DNA from: Methanobacteriota archaeon
GTDB taxonomy: Archaea; Thermoplasmatota; Poseidoniia; Poseidoniales; Poseidoniaceae
Length of the DNA: 64,000 nucleotides
Assembly: GCA_002706065.1 (NCBI GenBank)
Contig: PAJM01000043.1
Coordinates: forward strand, 1,415 to 65,414
Reading direction: 5' to 3'
The notes beneath the pieces were generated by a model that ran no database searches, was not told the DNA's origin, and worked only from the letters and a program-made list of their open reading frames with translations. The position numbers and the translations under genes were made by a program. Shown one piece after another: positions 56,416-64,000 of the stretch. Numbering within the stretch: position 1 is the first letter of the stretch; each line of letters begins with the position of its first letter.

Positions 56416-57210
56416 ATGAGTGAAGAAGGAACCCTCACCCCTGAAGTTCAAATCGGTCAACTTGAAGAGTCTCTTGCCACAGAAACCGACCGTTTGAAGA
56501 AACTCTTCGCAGCCTATGAGACGCAAGAAAAAGAACTCGTAGACGCTCGAGCCGAAATTGAAGTTCTCGAAAAGGAAATCATTGACAAGGAAATTGAACG
56601 AGAAGCACAAGAATCGCTTATCGCAGAGAAAGACTTCCGAATACGAGAACTCGAGATGAAGGCGACAAAAGCGGACAAGCGTGTTGAGCACCTTGAACCA
56701 GCTCTCCAAACAATGGAAGAGAAATATTCACGTGAAAAGGACCGTCTTGGCAAAGTTTTCGGAATTGCAGAAGAACTTGATAACGATTTGAAACTCGCTG
56801 TATCTGAAATGAAAGCGCGTGACGATTGGTATGTTGCTCACATGACACTCTTCGAGGACCTCAACAAGGCGATCAAAGAACGATACGAGATGATTGAAAG
56901 CGCAGTCGAAGCCGAGCGCCAATCGCAACACATGTCTCGCGCATTCACAGATCGCATGGATGAAATGGTCGAAGCCCGAGCCGCCGAAATGACCGTTGAA
57001 GAAGCGGAATCTCTCATCGATGAAGAGGCTACAGAGCCCTCGGAAGAAGCAGAAGAAGCACAAGCCGAAGAAGCAGTCGAAGAAGCAACAGAAGAGGTTG
57101 CGGAGGAAGAATCAGCAGAAACCGAATCCAATGATTCCGATGAAGAAGAAGCCGAACAACCTGCTGATGCAGCGTGGAATTCGGATGTCGATCCTTGGGC
57201 TGACAACTGA
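56416..57210 (+). CDS. Coiled-coil protein with strongly acidic C-terminal tail
   Basis: Heptad-like, Glu/Lys-rich sequence through ~aa 200. Tail EEATEPSEEAEEAQAEEAVEEATEEVAEEESAETE... ends in AAWNSDVDPWADN. GGGTGA lies 5 nt upstream of the ATG. Confidence 0.6.
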   Translation: MSEEGTLTPEVQIGQLEESLATETDRLKKLFAAYETQEKELVDARAEIEVLEKEIIDKEIEREAQESLIAEKDFRIRELEMKATKADKRVEHLEPALQTMEEKYSREKDRLGKVFGIAEELDNDLKLAVSEMKARDDWYVAHMTLFEDLNKAIKERYEMIESAVEAERQSQHMSRAFTDRMDEMVEARAAEMTVEEAESLIDEEATEPSEEAEEAQAEEAVEEATEEVAEEESAETESNDSDEEEAEQPADAAWNSDVDPWADN

Positions 57211-57221
57211 GGTGTATCATC

Positions 57222-58076
57222 TTGGCAGGTCTCGCCCGTGGAGGGCATGCGCCCGTTCTGACCTTCGCTCTTGCAGGCATTGCGATCCTTGTTGGCGGAG
57301 TCTATCTTGATCCACTTAACGGTCTGTTGCCGCTTCTTGGTGTCCTCTGTCTTATGGTTGCGGTCTTCTTTGCAAATTTTTGGAGAGACCCAGACCGACC
57401 AATACCTCAAGATTCTGGCGTACTTGTATCCCCTGCAGATGGCCATGTGATGTTCGTTCGTCGAGAACGTGCCAACGGGCGCCGTCCTTCGCAAGTTGAG
57501 CGGGAGAACGGAGACATTGAACATGATGAGTTGACGGGCGACTGGTTTCCTGAGCCATGCAAAGACCCACTCTCTTTCGAAACGGAGCAACGTTTCGTAG
57601 CAGCGGAAGGGGAGCCGCTTGACACCGATGTCTGGCGTGTTGCCATTTTCATGTCTCCGCTTGATGTACATGTCAATCGAGCACCGCGGGCTTCCACGAT
57701 CGTTGCTATGGAGCATCGAACCGGGAAAGGGCGAAGGCGAGGACCGTTCGCTCCTGCATTCAAAAAAGAAAGCGAGTACAATGAACGAGTCCGCACAATC
57801 TTCGAATCTGATGATGGTGAACGAACAGAAGTTATGCAAATTTCAGGAGCGTTGGCAAGAACCATCGTCCCATGGAAAGGGATTGGTGATACGCTTCGCC
57901 GAGGTGAGCGTTATGGAATGATTCGACTCGGAAGCCGAGTCGACGTTCGCGTTCCCGCTGCGCAGTATGAGCCGCAAGTAATCTCGGCAGAGGAACAACA
58001 TTCCGCGTACCCAAAGGGCCAATTTGTTCGGGCCGGTGCTGATATCATCTTCAAAAGCATTCTTGAAGAGGAATAG
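57222..58076 (+). CDS. psd: Phosphatidylserine (archaetidylserine) decarboxylase proenzyme
   Basis: FWRDPDRPIP, LVSPADGHV, IFMSPLDVHVNRAP, ESEYNERV, QISGALARTIVPW, GERYGMIRLGSRVDV (GS cleavage site). TTG start 8 nt after GAGGTG. Confidence 0.85.
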   Translation: MAGLARGGHAPVLTFALAGIAILVGGVYLDPLNGLLPLLGVLCLMVAVFFANFWRDPDRPIPQDSGVLVSPADGHVMFVRRERANGRRPSQVERENGDIEHDELTGDWFPEPCKDPLSFETEQRFVAAEGEPLDTDVWRVAIFMSPLDVHVNRAPRASTIVAMEHRTGKGRRRGPFAPAFKKESEYNERVRTIFESDDGERTEVMQISGALARTIVPWKGIGDTLRRGERYGMIRLGSRVDVRVPAAQYEPQVISAEEQHSAYPKGQFVRAGADIIFKSILEEE

Positions 58077-58090
58077 GCCGAGGTGGAACT

Positions 58091-59257
58091 GTGCTGGCTG
58101 GTAAGGGTCCAACAATCTTGGGAGACGACTCAAAGAGTCTCAGGATACATCATCTTGTCAAAGCGCCAGCAAACACTCCTTGGGCAAAGGAACGCCAACA
58201 GTCTTGGGATGCTTCGTTTCCAGCAACGGTATATTCCACTCCTGAAATGACAATTGATGGCGAGCCATGCACTGCAGTGACCGTGATTCTACGGACGAAA
58301 GGATGCCATTGGTGGTGGTCATCAGGATGTACATTTTGTGGATACTTCAACGATACACGTGACGATGTCAACAGCGACGACCTCCACGCTCAATGGCAAC
58401 ATGCAAAAGACAAGTTTAGCAACTTCGAAGGTCATGCAATGGTCAAAGTCTACACTTCAGGATCGTTGCTTGAGGATCGTGAAATTCCAGTTGACTTCCA
58501 AGAAACAGTGTTACGCGATTGCTTTGAGTTTGAAAAAGAATTAATTGTCGAAAGTCGGACAGAACAGCTCACCGAAGAGAAGTTGGCTTGGGCAACATCG
58601 ATCAATCCTAATTTCACAGTCGCCATTGGCCTCGAGGCCTACGATGACGAAGTGCTTCGTTTCCACGTCAACAAAGGATTTTCAGCCGCTTCATGGGATC
58701 GGGCTGTCGAACGATTGGAAAAATTCAACCTTCGAGTGAAGACCTACTTGATGTTCAAACCTCCGTTCATGAGTGAGGCGGATGCACTCGATCATTGCAT
58801 CAAATGGATAGAAGCTGTCGCAGAACAAAGCGATGAAATCTCAATCAATCCAATGAACATCCAGCGAGGTACAGTAATCGATCGACTCCACCGACACAGA
58901 GAGTATCGCCCACCTTGGCTCTGGTCATTGGTTGAGTTAATCCAGCTTAGCCATCACATCGTTCACCCGAATGGTGGAGTGAACGGAGGCGAAGATCAGA
59001 TTTCACGTCTGATTATCCACCCAACAGCGGGTGGAAAAATACGAGGATCACATAACTGCGGAGAATGCGACGCAGAGGTTGTTGCCGCCATAGAACGCTA
59101 TGCTGTTTCAGGCTCTCTTGAAGAATTCCAAGGGTTGGGTTGTGAATGCAAAAAGCAGTGGAGACAAGAACTTACCAACGACCGTTCAATACCGGTTCCA
59201 CTAGGTACATCGATGCCGAGGCGTGGAGCGCTCTCAGATATCCTACGCTCGCCTTAA
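58091..59257 (+). CDS. Radical SAM-superfamily protein, probably RaSEA-like (archaeosine pathway, TIGR01210-type)
   Basis: Cys triad GCHWWWSSGCTFCGY (Cx7CxxC). VYTSGSLLEDREIP, IVESRTEQL, VAIGLEAYDDEVLRFHVNKGF, YLMFKPPFMSEADA, ISINPMNIQRGT, EYRPPWLWSLVELI. The family assignment is from memory. GTG start 4 nt after GAGGTGG. Confidence 0.55.
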   Translation: MLAGKGPTILGDDSKSLRIHHLVKAPANTPWAKERQQSWDASFPATVYSTPEMTIDGEPCTAVTVILRTKGCHWWWSSGCTFCGYFNDTRDDVNSDDLHAQWQHAKDKFSNFEGHAMVKVYTSGSLLEDREIPVDFQETVLRDCFEFEKELIVESRTEQLTEEKLAWATSINPNFTVAIGLEAYDDEVLRFHVNKGFSAASWDRAVERLEKFNLRVKTYLMFKPPFMSEADALDHCIKWIEAVAEQSDEISINPMNIQRGTVIDRLHRHREYRPPWLWSLVELIQLSHHIVHPNGGVNGGEDQISRLIIHPTAGGKIRGSHNCGECDAEVVAAIERYAVSGSLEEFQGLGCECKKQWRQELTNDRSIPVPLGTSMPRRGALSDILRSP

Positions 59258-59358
59258 GCAACACGATTTATGCCATCGTTCAATGATGCCCTTGGTGAAT
59301 GTTTATCACCGCGCATCAAGTCGCAAGCATGTCCATCTAACGCATTTGAGGGCTCATT

Positions 59359-59631
59359 ATGTCGAATAGCACAGAACTCCCCGACGCAGTTATTGGAACT
59401 GCAGAACCGTCGTCAAGTCGTATCGCTCTTGTATTGCTTTCAGTTGTAACGATTGGAATGTTTGGGCTTTTCAGCACTATATTTGGGTGGGATAACATCC
59501 CAGTTGTAGGGGACATTGTACCGCTTATGTCAAACCTCGGAGGTTCTGGAATTTGGTACTACCTTCTCGGATTCATCGTCGGACTTGGTGCGATTGTCTC
59601 CACATTAGCAGGTGAAGTCCTTGCAGATTGA
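59359..59631 (+). CDS. Small membrane protein (2 TM)
   Basis: 90 aa. Helices IALVLLSVVTIGMFGLFSTIF and WYYLLGFIVGLGAIVSTLAG. It immediately precedes the large membrane protein. Confidence 0.5.
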   Translation: MSNSTELPDAVIGTAEPSSSRIALVLLSVVTIGMFGLFSTIFGWDNIPVVGDIVPLMSNLGGSGIWYYLLGFIVGLGAIVSTLAGEVLAD

Positions 59632-59641
59632 GGTGATATGA

Positions 59642-61603
59642 ATGTATGCAATATTTACCGCACTCATCTTCTTCTTTGTTGTTATCGGATTCGCTACCTA
59701 TTACGTTCAACGAGGAATCGGTACCATGGCCGAACCAATGCGCCAATTTGGACTGTTTCTCCTCAACAAGGCGCCTGCTGGTGTTGTTGACCTCTTTAAC
59801 GATGACAAAGGCAGTGGTTCCAAAACGTGGATGAACCTTGGGATGATTTGGCTCACCTTTGCAGCCATCGGAACCTTCCTCGCTTTGTGGCATGACTATG
59901 ACGGCAGTGCATTGGATTCACTCGCTAGCATCGGTTGGGAATACGATGACGGAAGTTCGCTTAACACATTTGTTGACTTAACACTCATCACCGGGCTGAC
60001 CTCGATTCTAATCGGAGGTGGTCTTGTCGGCGCAGCACGGGCAGGAGCTGGACGCCTTGCAAGTGAAGCAAATGCGAGCCTTACTGCACTTCTCTTCTCG
60101 GTTCTAACAATCTCTTCGATGCTTCTCCCGACAATCCTCGGTCTCATCCTTGATCTCTCAGCAGCAAATGAAGCGTTCATTCAAGATCTCTTCATGCACG
60201 CACTCCGTTCGTTCATCATCATCGCAGTCATGATCAACGTCTTGCTCACTGTTGGCCAACGTAAGAGTGAGATTGTTTCAGCCAGCAACTGGTTTTTGTT
60301 TATGGCACTCGCCTCGTTTATTTTTGGTTCTCAATTCCGCTTCTTTGGCGAACTTGCGAGTTCGACTCAAACCGTTTGGCTTGGTGAACGGATGTCTCAA
60401 TCATGGACACTCATCGCTCTTATCTTCGCCGTTGCATATCACGTTGTACCTCGTGCAGCAAGTCGCCCGATTTGGTCCGACTCCATGACGAAGGCAAGCC
60501 TCCTTCTCCTCTTCCTTACACTCCCTCCATTCATGCTTTCAACAGCTGATGCAGGAACATTGCTCGAGAACATTGGAGCCATTTTGATGACGCTTGCACT
60601 TCTTCCAATTCTAGCAGGATCTGTAAACATCCTCCTCACATCGTTTGGCAATGCTTCAGGTGTTGTTTCACGACCAGGAGCATTGGCTGCAACCCTTGCT
60701 ATGGTGTTCTTCCCATTGTATGCACTGGGTGGCTACTTTACGTCACTCGACGTCTTCATCGGCCTTGGTGCTCTGAACGACATGGCTGAGACGGTTGATA
60801 TTGGCTTCATGTGGACTGTAGGAGGCCTTATGGCTGTGGCATGCGTTGCTGAATCGTATCCGCTTGCAGGAAACCGACAACTTGCATCTCCTTCCTCTGC
60901 TTCACTTTCAACAATGCTGATTGCGTTCGGTGGAGTCACTTCCACGGTTGCGAAACTTATGGGCGACTTCACTGAAAAGGCGCTTCTTGATTCAGGAAGT
61001 GAAGATGTTGTAATGACGGATGGAGGATTCAGTCTTACCGCAGCCGTTTTGTTTTACTTCGGTTCAATCGGTATCATACTACTGTTCTTGAACCTCATTC
61101 GAACCTCAATCGGTGGAATGAAAATCGATACTTCAACAACAACATCATCCGACATTTCTCGATACTCGATGCAACCGGGTGAATCCTCGATTCGTAAATT
61201 GTTACAGCGTGGTGTTGGTGTTGACACAATACTTGTTGTTGGAGAGGATGTTGAAGACGAAGGCGGTATGACAATCATCGATGTATCCTCCACATTGCAC
61301 AACGATGAGATCGATGAATTCCCAGTTGAGAAGAACGAACTCGAACTGCTGTCTGATTATCTCGAAAAGAAGGAGATGAGCATCTATGAATTCTTCCGTT
61401 CCATTGATCTTGATGATTCAGGCCTTATCGATGGTTACGAACTCCAACAAGCATTGCGAAGTGCTGAGATTGCAGACTTGCCTCCTTGGGACGTTACGAA
61501 ACTTATGGAATTCGTTGACCTTGATGGTGATGGACGTGTAAACCTGCCTGAACTTGACATTGCAATTGCACGCGTACGTTCGGGTCTTTCTGAAGAAGAG
61601 TGA
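59642..61603 (+). CDS. Polytopic membrane protein (12+ TM) with C-terminal paired EF-hands
   Basis: GAGGTGA lies 5 nt upstream of the ATG. Many hydrophobic helices run through ~aa 500. The cytoplasmic tail carries two canonical EF loops. Confidence 0.7.
   Translation: MYAIFTALIFFFVVIGFATYYVQRGIGTMAEPMRQFGLFLLNKAPAGVVDLFNDDKGSGSKTWMNLGMIWLTFAAIGTFLALWHDYDGSALDSLASIGWEYDDGSSLNTFVDLTLITGLTSILIGGGLVGAARAGAGRLASEANASLTALLFSVLTISSMLLPTILGLILDLSAANEAFIQDLFMHALRSFIIIAVMINVLLTVGQRKSEIVSASNWFLFMALASFIFGSQFRFFGELASSTQTVWLGERMSQSWTLIALIFAVAYHVVPRAASRPIWSDSMTKASLLLLFLTLPPFMLSTADAGTLLENIGAILMTLALLPILAGSVNILLTSFGNASGVVSRPGALAATLAMVFFPLYALGGYFTSLDVFIGLGALNDMAETVDIGFMWTVGGLMAVACVAESYPLAGNRQLASPSSASLSTMLIAFGGVTSTVAKLMGDFTEKALLDSGSEDVVMTDGGFSLTAAVLFYFGSIGIILLFLNLIRTSIGGMKIDTSTTTSSDISRYSMQPGESSIRKLLQRGVGVDTILVVGEDVEDEGGMTIIDVSSTLHNDEIDEFPVEKNELELLSDYLEKKEMSIYEFFRSIDLDDSGLIDGYELQQALRSAEIADLPPWDVTKLMEFVDLDGDGRVNLPELDIAIARVRSGLSEEE
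61406..61552 (+). other. Paired EF-hand Ca-binding loops
   Basis: DLDDSGLIDGYE (61406-61441) and DLDGDGRVNLPE (61517-61552). Both fit the 12-residue D-x-[DN]-x-[DSG]-G-x-[ILV]-[DN]-x-x-E loop, with flanking helices. Confidence 0.8.
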
Positions 61604-61620
61604 AGTGAGGCGGTCAAACC

Positions 61621-62895
61621 GTGAGAATTGGCTTGGTTGGGAAACCAAACGTTGGCAAGTCAACGTTCTTCGCGGCTTGTACACTGATTCCGGTTGATAT
61701 TGCAAATTATCCATTTTGTACCATTGAGCCCAATGTAGGATTTTCGTTTATTCCCAGCAGAGAACCATGCCCATGTGGGGTCCTTCGTAAACGCCTCGAG
61801 GAAGGGCGACCCACTTCGTTTGGTCACGAGCGAGGAGGAAGCATATGCTCTCCTCGAACAGGATCTTGTGAGAGCTTTCAACGCTATGTCCCCTGTATGC
61901 TGGTTGATGTCGCTGGACTGGTCCCAGGTGCGAGCCAAGGTCGCGGACGTGGGAATGCATTCCTTTCAGATTTAGCAGAATGTGACGCGCTCATCCAAGT
62001 AATCGATGTTGCCGGAACAACAGACATTGAAGGGAACCCAACCGGAATCAAAGCAACAAAAGAGCAGGCGATTGAGCAAGCCCTTGCAGAAATCGATTTC
62101 CTGACAAATGAATTGGATGCTTGGATCCTTGGGCTTGTTAAAGACGGCTGGTCAAGGGGAGCACGTCGAATTCAGGCAGAGGGTGTCAAAGGGTTCACAC
62201 AGTTTCTACAGGAACGCCTTTCTGGCTTGGGTGCAACGGATGCGATTTGTCAACGTTCCTTCGACGCTTTCGCTCAACAGCATTCAGACATGACATCCCC
62301 CTGGGATTGGACCGACGATGTGTTGATTCTCTTGGCATCATCAATACGACGGCATCTTTTCCCAATATTTGTTGCGGGTAACAAAGCAGACCTTGCTCCC
62401 GATGGCGTGCTCGAACATCTTCAGGATGTTCTACCATCGTTTACTCCATGTTCTGCTGAAACTGAACTCGCCCTTCGTCAAGCAAGTAAAGCAGGAGTCA
62501 TCACGTACATTGCAGGGCAACCAACCTTTGAGTTAAACCAAGATCAATCCTTAAACGAAGCTCAGAAAAAGGGCCTCACTGTATTGGCTGAACGCGTCCA
62601 GAAACTTGAAGGGACCGGGTTGATCAAGTTACTCGATCACGTACTTTTTGATGAACTCGATCGTATTGTTGTATACCCGGTTCAGGATGAAAACCAATGG
62701 ACTGATGGTGATGGCAACGTTCTCCCTGATGCATTTGTTGTCCAGAGTGGTATTCACGCCAAGCAGGTGGCTTACAAGGTTCACTCAGACTTAGGTGATG
62801 GTTTCATCAAAGGTGTTGACGGACGCACACGCCGTGTGGTTGGTGCGGAGCATGAGCTCTCAGATGGTGATGTACTGAGAATTCACTCGAAGTGA
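61621..62895 (+). CDS. ychF: Obg-like ATPase/GTPase of the YchF type with C-terminal TGS domain
   Basis: G1 IGLVGKPNVGKSTFF. NYPFCTIEPNVG. G3 DVAGLVPGA. G4 VAGNKADL. C-terminal LSDGDVLRI (TGS-like). GTG start. Confidence 0.8.
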   Translation: MRIGLVGKPNVGKSTFFAACTLIPVDIANYPFCTIEPNVGFSFIPSREPCPCGVLRKRLEEGRPTSFGHERGGSICSPRTGSCESFQRYVPCMLVDVAGLVPGASQGRGRGNAFLSDLAECDALIQVIDVAGTTDIEGNPTGIKATKEQAIEQALAEIDFLTNELDAWILGLVKDGWSRGARRIQAEGVKGFTQFLQERLSGLGATDAICQRSFDAFAQQHSDMTSPWDWTDDVLILLASSIRRHLFPIFVAGNKADLAPDGVLEHLQDVLPSFTPCSAETELALRQASKAGVITYIAGQPTFELNQDQSLNEAQKKGLTVLAERVQKLEGTGLIKLLDHVLFDELDRIVVYPVQDENQWTDGDGNVLPDAFVVQSGIHAKQVAYKVHSDLGDGFIKGVDGRTRRVVGAEHELSDGDVLRIHSK

Positions 62896-62899
62896 GTTT

Positions 62900-63331
62900 T
62901 CAATGTCCCTTTGGACGATCATAATCAGGCGTTAGTCGCGAAAGAGTGCTTGAGTACTTGGCTGCACTTGTAAAGAAGACAACGATCGAAATGAGCGTGA
63001 GGAGTGTTAGCATGAGGAGCATGTACCATCCCCATGGGTTGATGCTTCGAATTGTTGTGATGTAAATCCCCCACAACATGGTGAGGTAAAGAAACGGTCG
63101 ATAACGGCGTGTTACAGTACTTAATCGTGCAGATTTAAGTGTGTCATCGTAGAGATTAGTGGCCTCATCCTTGCTGACGTACCCCTGCTCAACTGCACAT
63201 CGCACGCAGACTTGCGTGTTTGGGCCATTGCCATGAATGAAGAATTCACGCGGGTAGGTACCCGAACAAAGGCGACAGGTTGGCATCTTCTTCCCTCGTA
63301 CCACCCTAAATCGTGCCGTCATTTCAAGCAT
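62900..63331 (-). CDS. Hypothetical zinc-ribbon membrane protein
   Basis: CRLCSGTY...CVRCAVEQ, then two hydrophobic helices (FLYLTMLWGIYITTI, WYMLLMLTLLTLISIVVFF). ATG 63331 was chosen because it lies 4 nt past the trpG/pabA stop. Confidence 0.45.
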   Translation of the reverse strand: MLEMTARFRVVRGKKMPTCRLCSGTYPREFFIHGNGPNTQVCVRCAVEQGYVSKDEATNLYDDTLKSARLSTVTRRYRPFLYLTMLWGIYITTIRSINPWGWYMLLMLTLLTLISIVVFFTSAAKYSSTLSRLTPDYDRPKGH

Positions 63332-63335
63332 GCGC

Positions 63336-63935
63336 TCAATATTGTAGGAATTTCGCGAGGATATGTGTCCCAAAAGGACTTCCAACCGATTCTGGATGGA
63401 ACTGAACTCCAAACACAGGTGCATCCTTAGAGTGGAATCCCAATACCAGAGATCCCGTATCATCAGTCGCATCCATACGGAGGTTCGAATTTCCATTAAC
63501 ATCGGCCGTCAAATGTGTTAGTGAGTTGTATCGTGTCATGAAAGCATCACCAAGCCCCTGAAATAAACCGCTATCGTTGTGTAAGCACTTGACAGGGACT
63601 CCGTGAACAGGTCCAATTGGACTCGGAACCAAGTCCAATCCAGAGGCCACACCAATCGCTTGGTGCCCAAGGCATATTCCGAGAAGCGGAGGTGTTTTCC
63701 CACCGTTCGACAATGTTGCGAATTCCATCGTGAGAGGACTATCCTTTGGCCAACCAGGGCCTGGGCCTAGAACGACATGGGATGGCTGCAATTCTTCCAG
63801 CAATTCTTCGGCGGAGGAATACATCTGGCCGCGTCCAGAAATGATGTTCACATCATGGCCAAGTCCACATATGCTGTGAGCGATATTGTAGGTGAACGAA
63901 TCCAGGTTATCGATGAGTAGCACTGCGTTTTTCAC
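63336..63935 (-). CDS. trpG: Glutamine amidotransferase, anthranilate/aminodeoxychorismate synthase component II
   Basis: VLLIDNLDSFTYNI. LGICLGHQAIG (catalytic Cys). GVQFHPES (His/Glu). GTG start. TrpG and PabA cannot be told apart from sequence alone. Confidence 0.88.
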   Translation of the reverse strand: MKNAVLLIDNLDSFTYNIAHSICGLGHDVNIISGRGQMYSSAEELLEELQPSHVVLGPGPGWPKDSPLTMEFATLSNGGKTPPLLGICLGHQAIGVASGLDLVPSPIGPVHGVPVKCLHNDSGLFQGLGDAFMTRYNSLTHLTADVNGNSNLRMDATDDTGSLVLGFHSKDAPVFGVQFHPESVGSPFGTHILAKFLQY

Positions 63936-64000
63936 AAAATCTACAGTATGAATTGAGGCCGATACCGAGTGTGTGGTTTGTTCATTTTCGAGAGGTAATG

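Noticed and set aside
56838-57839. 333-aa minus-strand ORF spanning the coiled-coil gene and psd
   Set aside because: It is antisense to two well-supported plus-strand genes. Its Ser/Ala-rich low-complexity stretch (SSSESLDSVSADSSSATSS...) is simply the reverse reading of the GAA/GAG-rich acidic tail. No motif or start context supports it.
59642-61100. Heme-copper oxidase subunit I-like reading of the 12+-TM domain (AYHVVPRAASRPIW resembles the YWFPKMTGR region)
   Set aside because: Only three His residues occur in the membrane part (LWHDY, FMHAL, AYHVV). This is far short of the six conserved metal ligands, and the N-terminal HKDIG-type motif is absent.
63936-64000. Possible 3' end of a trpE/pabB-like gene upstream of trpG on the minus strand
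   Set aside because: Only about 20 codons are visible. One frame stops at 63941 and another runs open into trpG, and neither shows a recognisable TrpE C-terminal motif. It cannot be called from this window.

Overview
Densely coding archaeal chromosome segment: about 50 CDS and one tRNA. By my gene calls only ~1.9 kb of 64 kb is non-coding. I see no rRNA, CRISPR array, transposase, integrase or obvious pseudogene.

Archaeal identity rests on linked informational genes: MCM helicase, a TFB-like factor, GatE, two archaeal-type Pth2 genes, Trm1, two PAC2-family proteasome chaperones, a RaSEA-like radical SAM protein and an archaeal-style phosphatidylserine decarboxylase. A TATA-like box also sits about 30 nt upstream of tRNA-Arg(GCG). 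Bacterial-type genes are mixed in: NAD-dependent LigA, an AddB/AddA-like helicase-nuclease pair, proline iminopeptidase and a PAT/AmpG-like MFS transporter. Together with the very large surface proteins, this suggests an uncultured marine planktonic euryarchaeote, possibly Marine Group II/Poseidoniales-like. That placement is inference only.

About a quarter of the window encodes secreted or type-I-anchored ectoproteins built from beta-helix, thrombospondin-type-3, PKD, FN3, FG-GAP, RCC1 and PQQ-like modules.

Most notable items:
1. A translationally coupled 1233-aa + 1657-aa AddB/AddA-like pair, with Cas4-like Cys clusters on both subunits.
2. A 746-aa zinc-ribbon orphan protein that shares a ~75-aa module with a second orphan ORF 20 kb away.
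3. A three-gene operon of two surface proteins with a paralogous N-terminal Cys-His-Gly domain plus a coupled 5-TM protein.
4. Tandem divergent Pth2 paralogs.
5. Eukaryote-like SAP, EF-hand and RCC1 modules fused to membrane anchors.

All family assignments come from motif recognition by eye. No HMM or BLAST search was possible.
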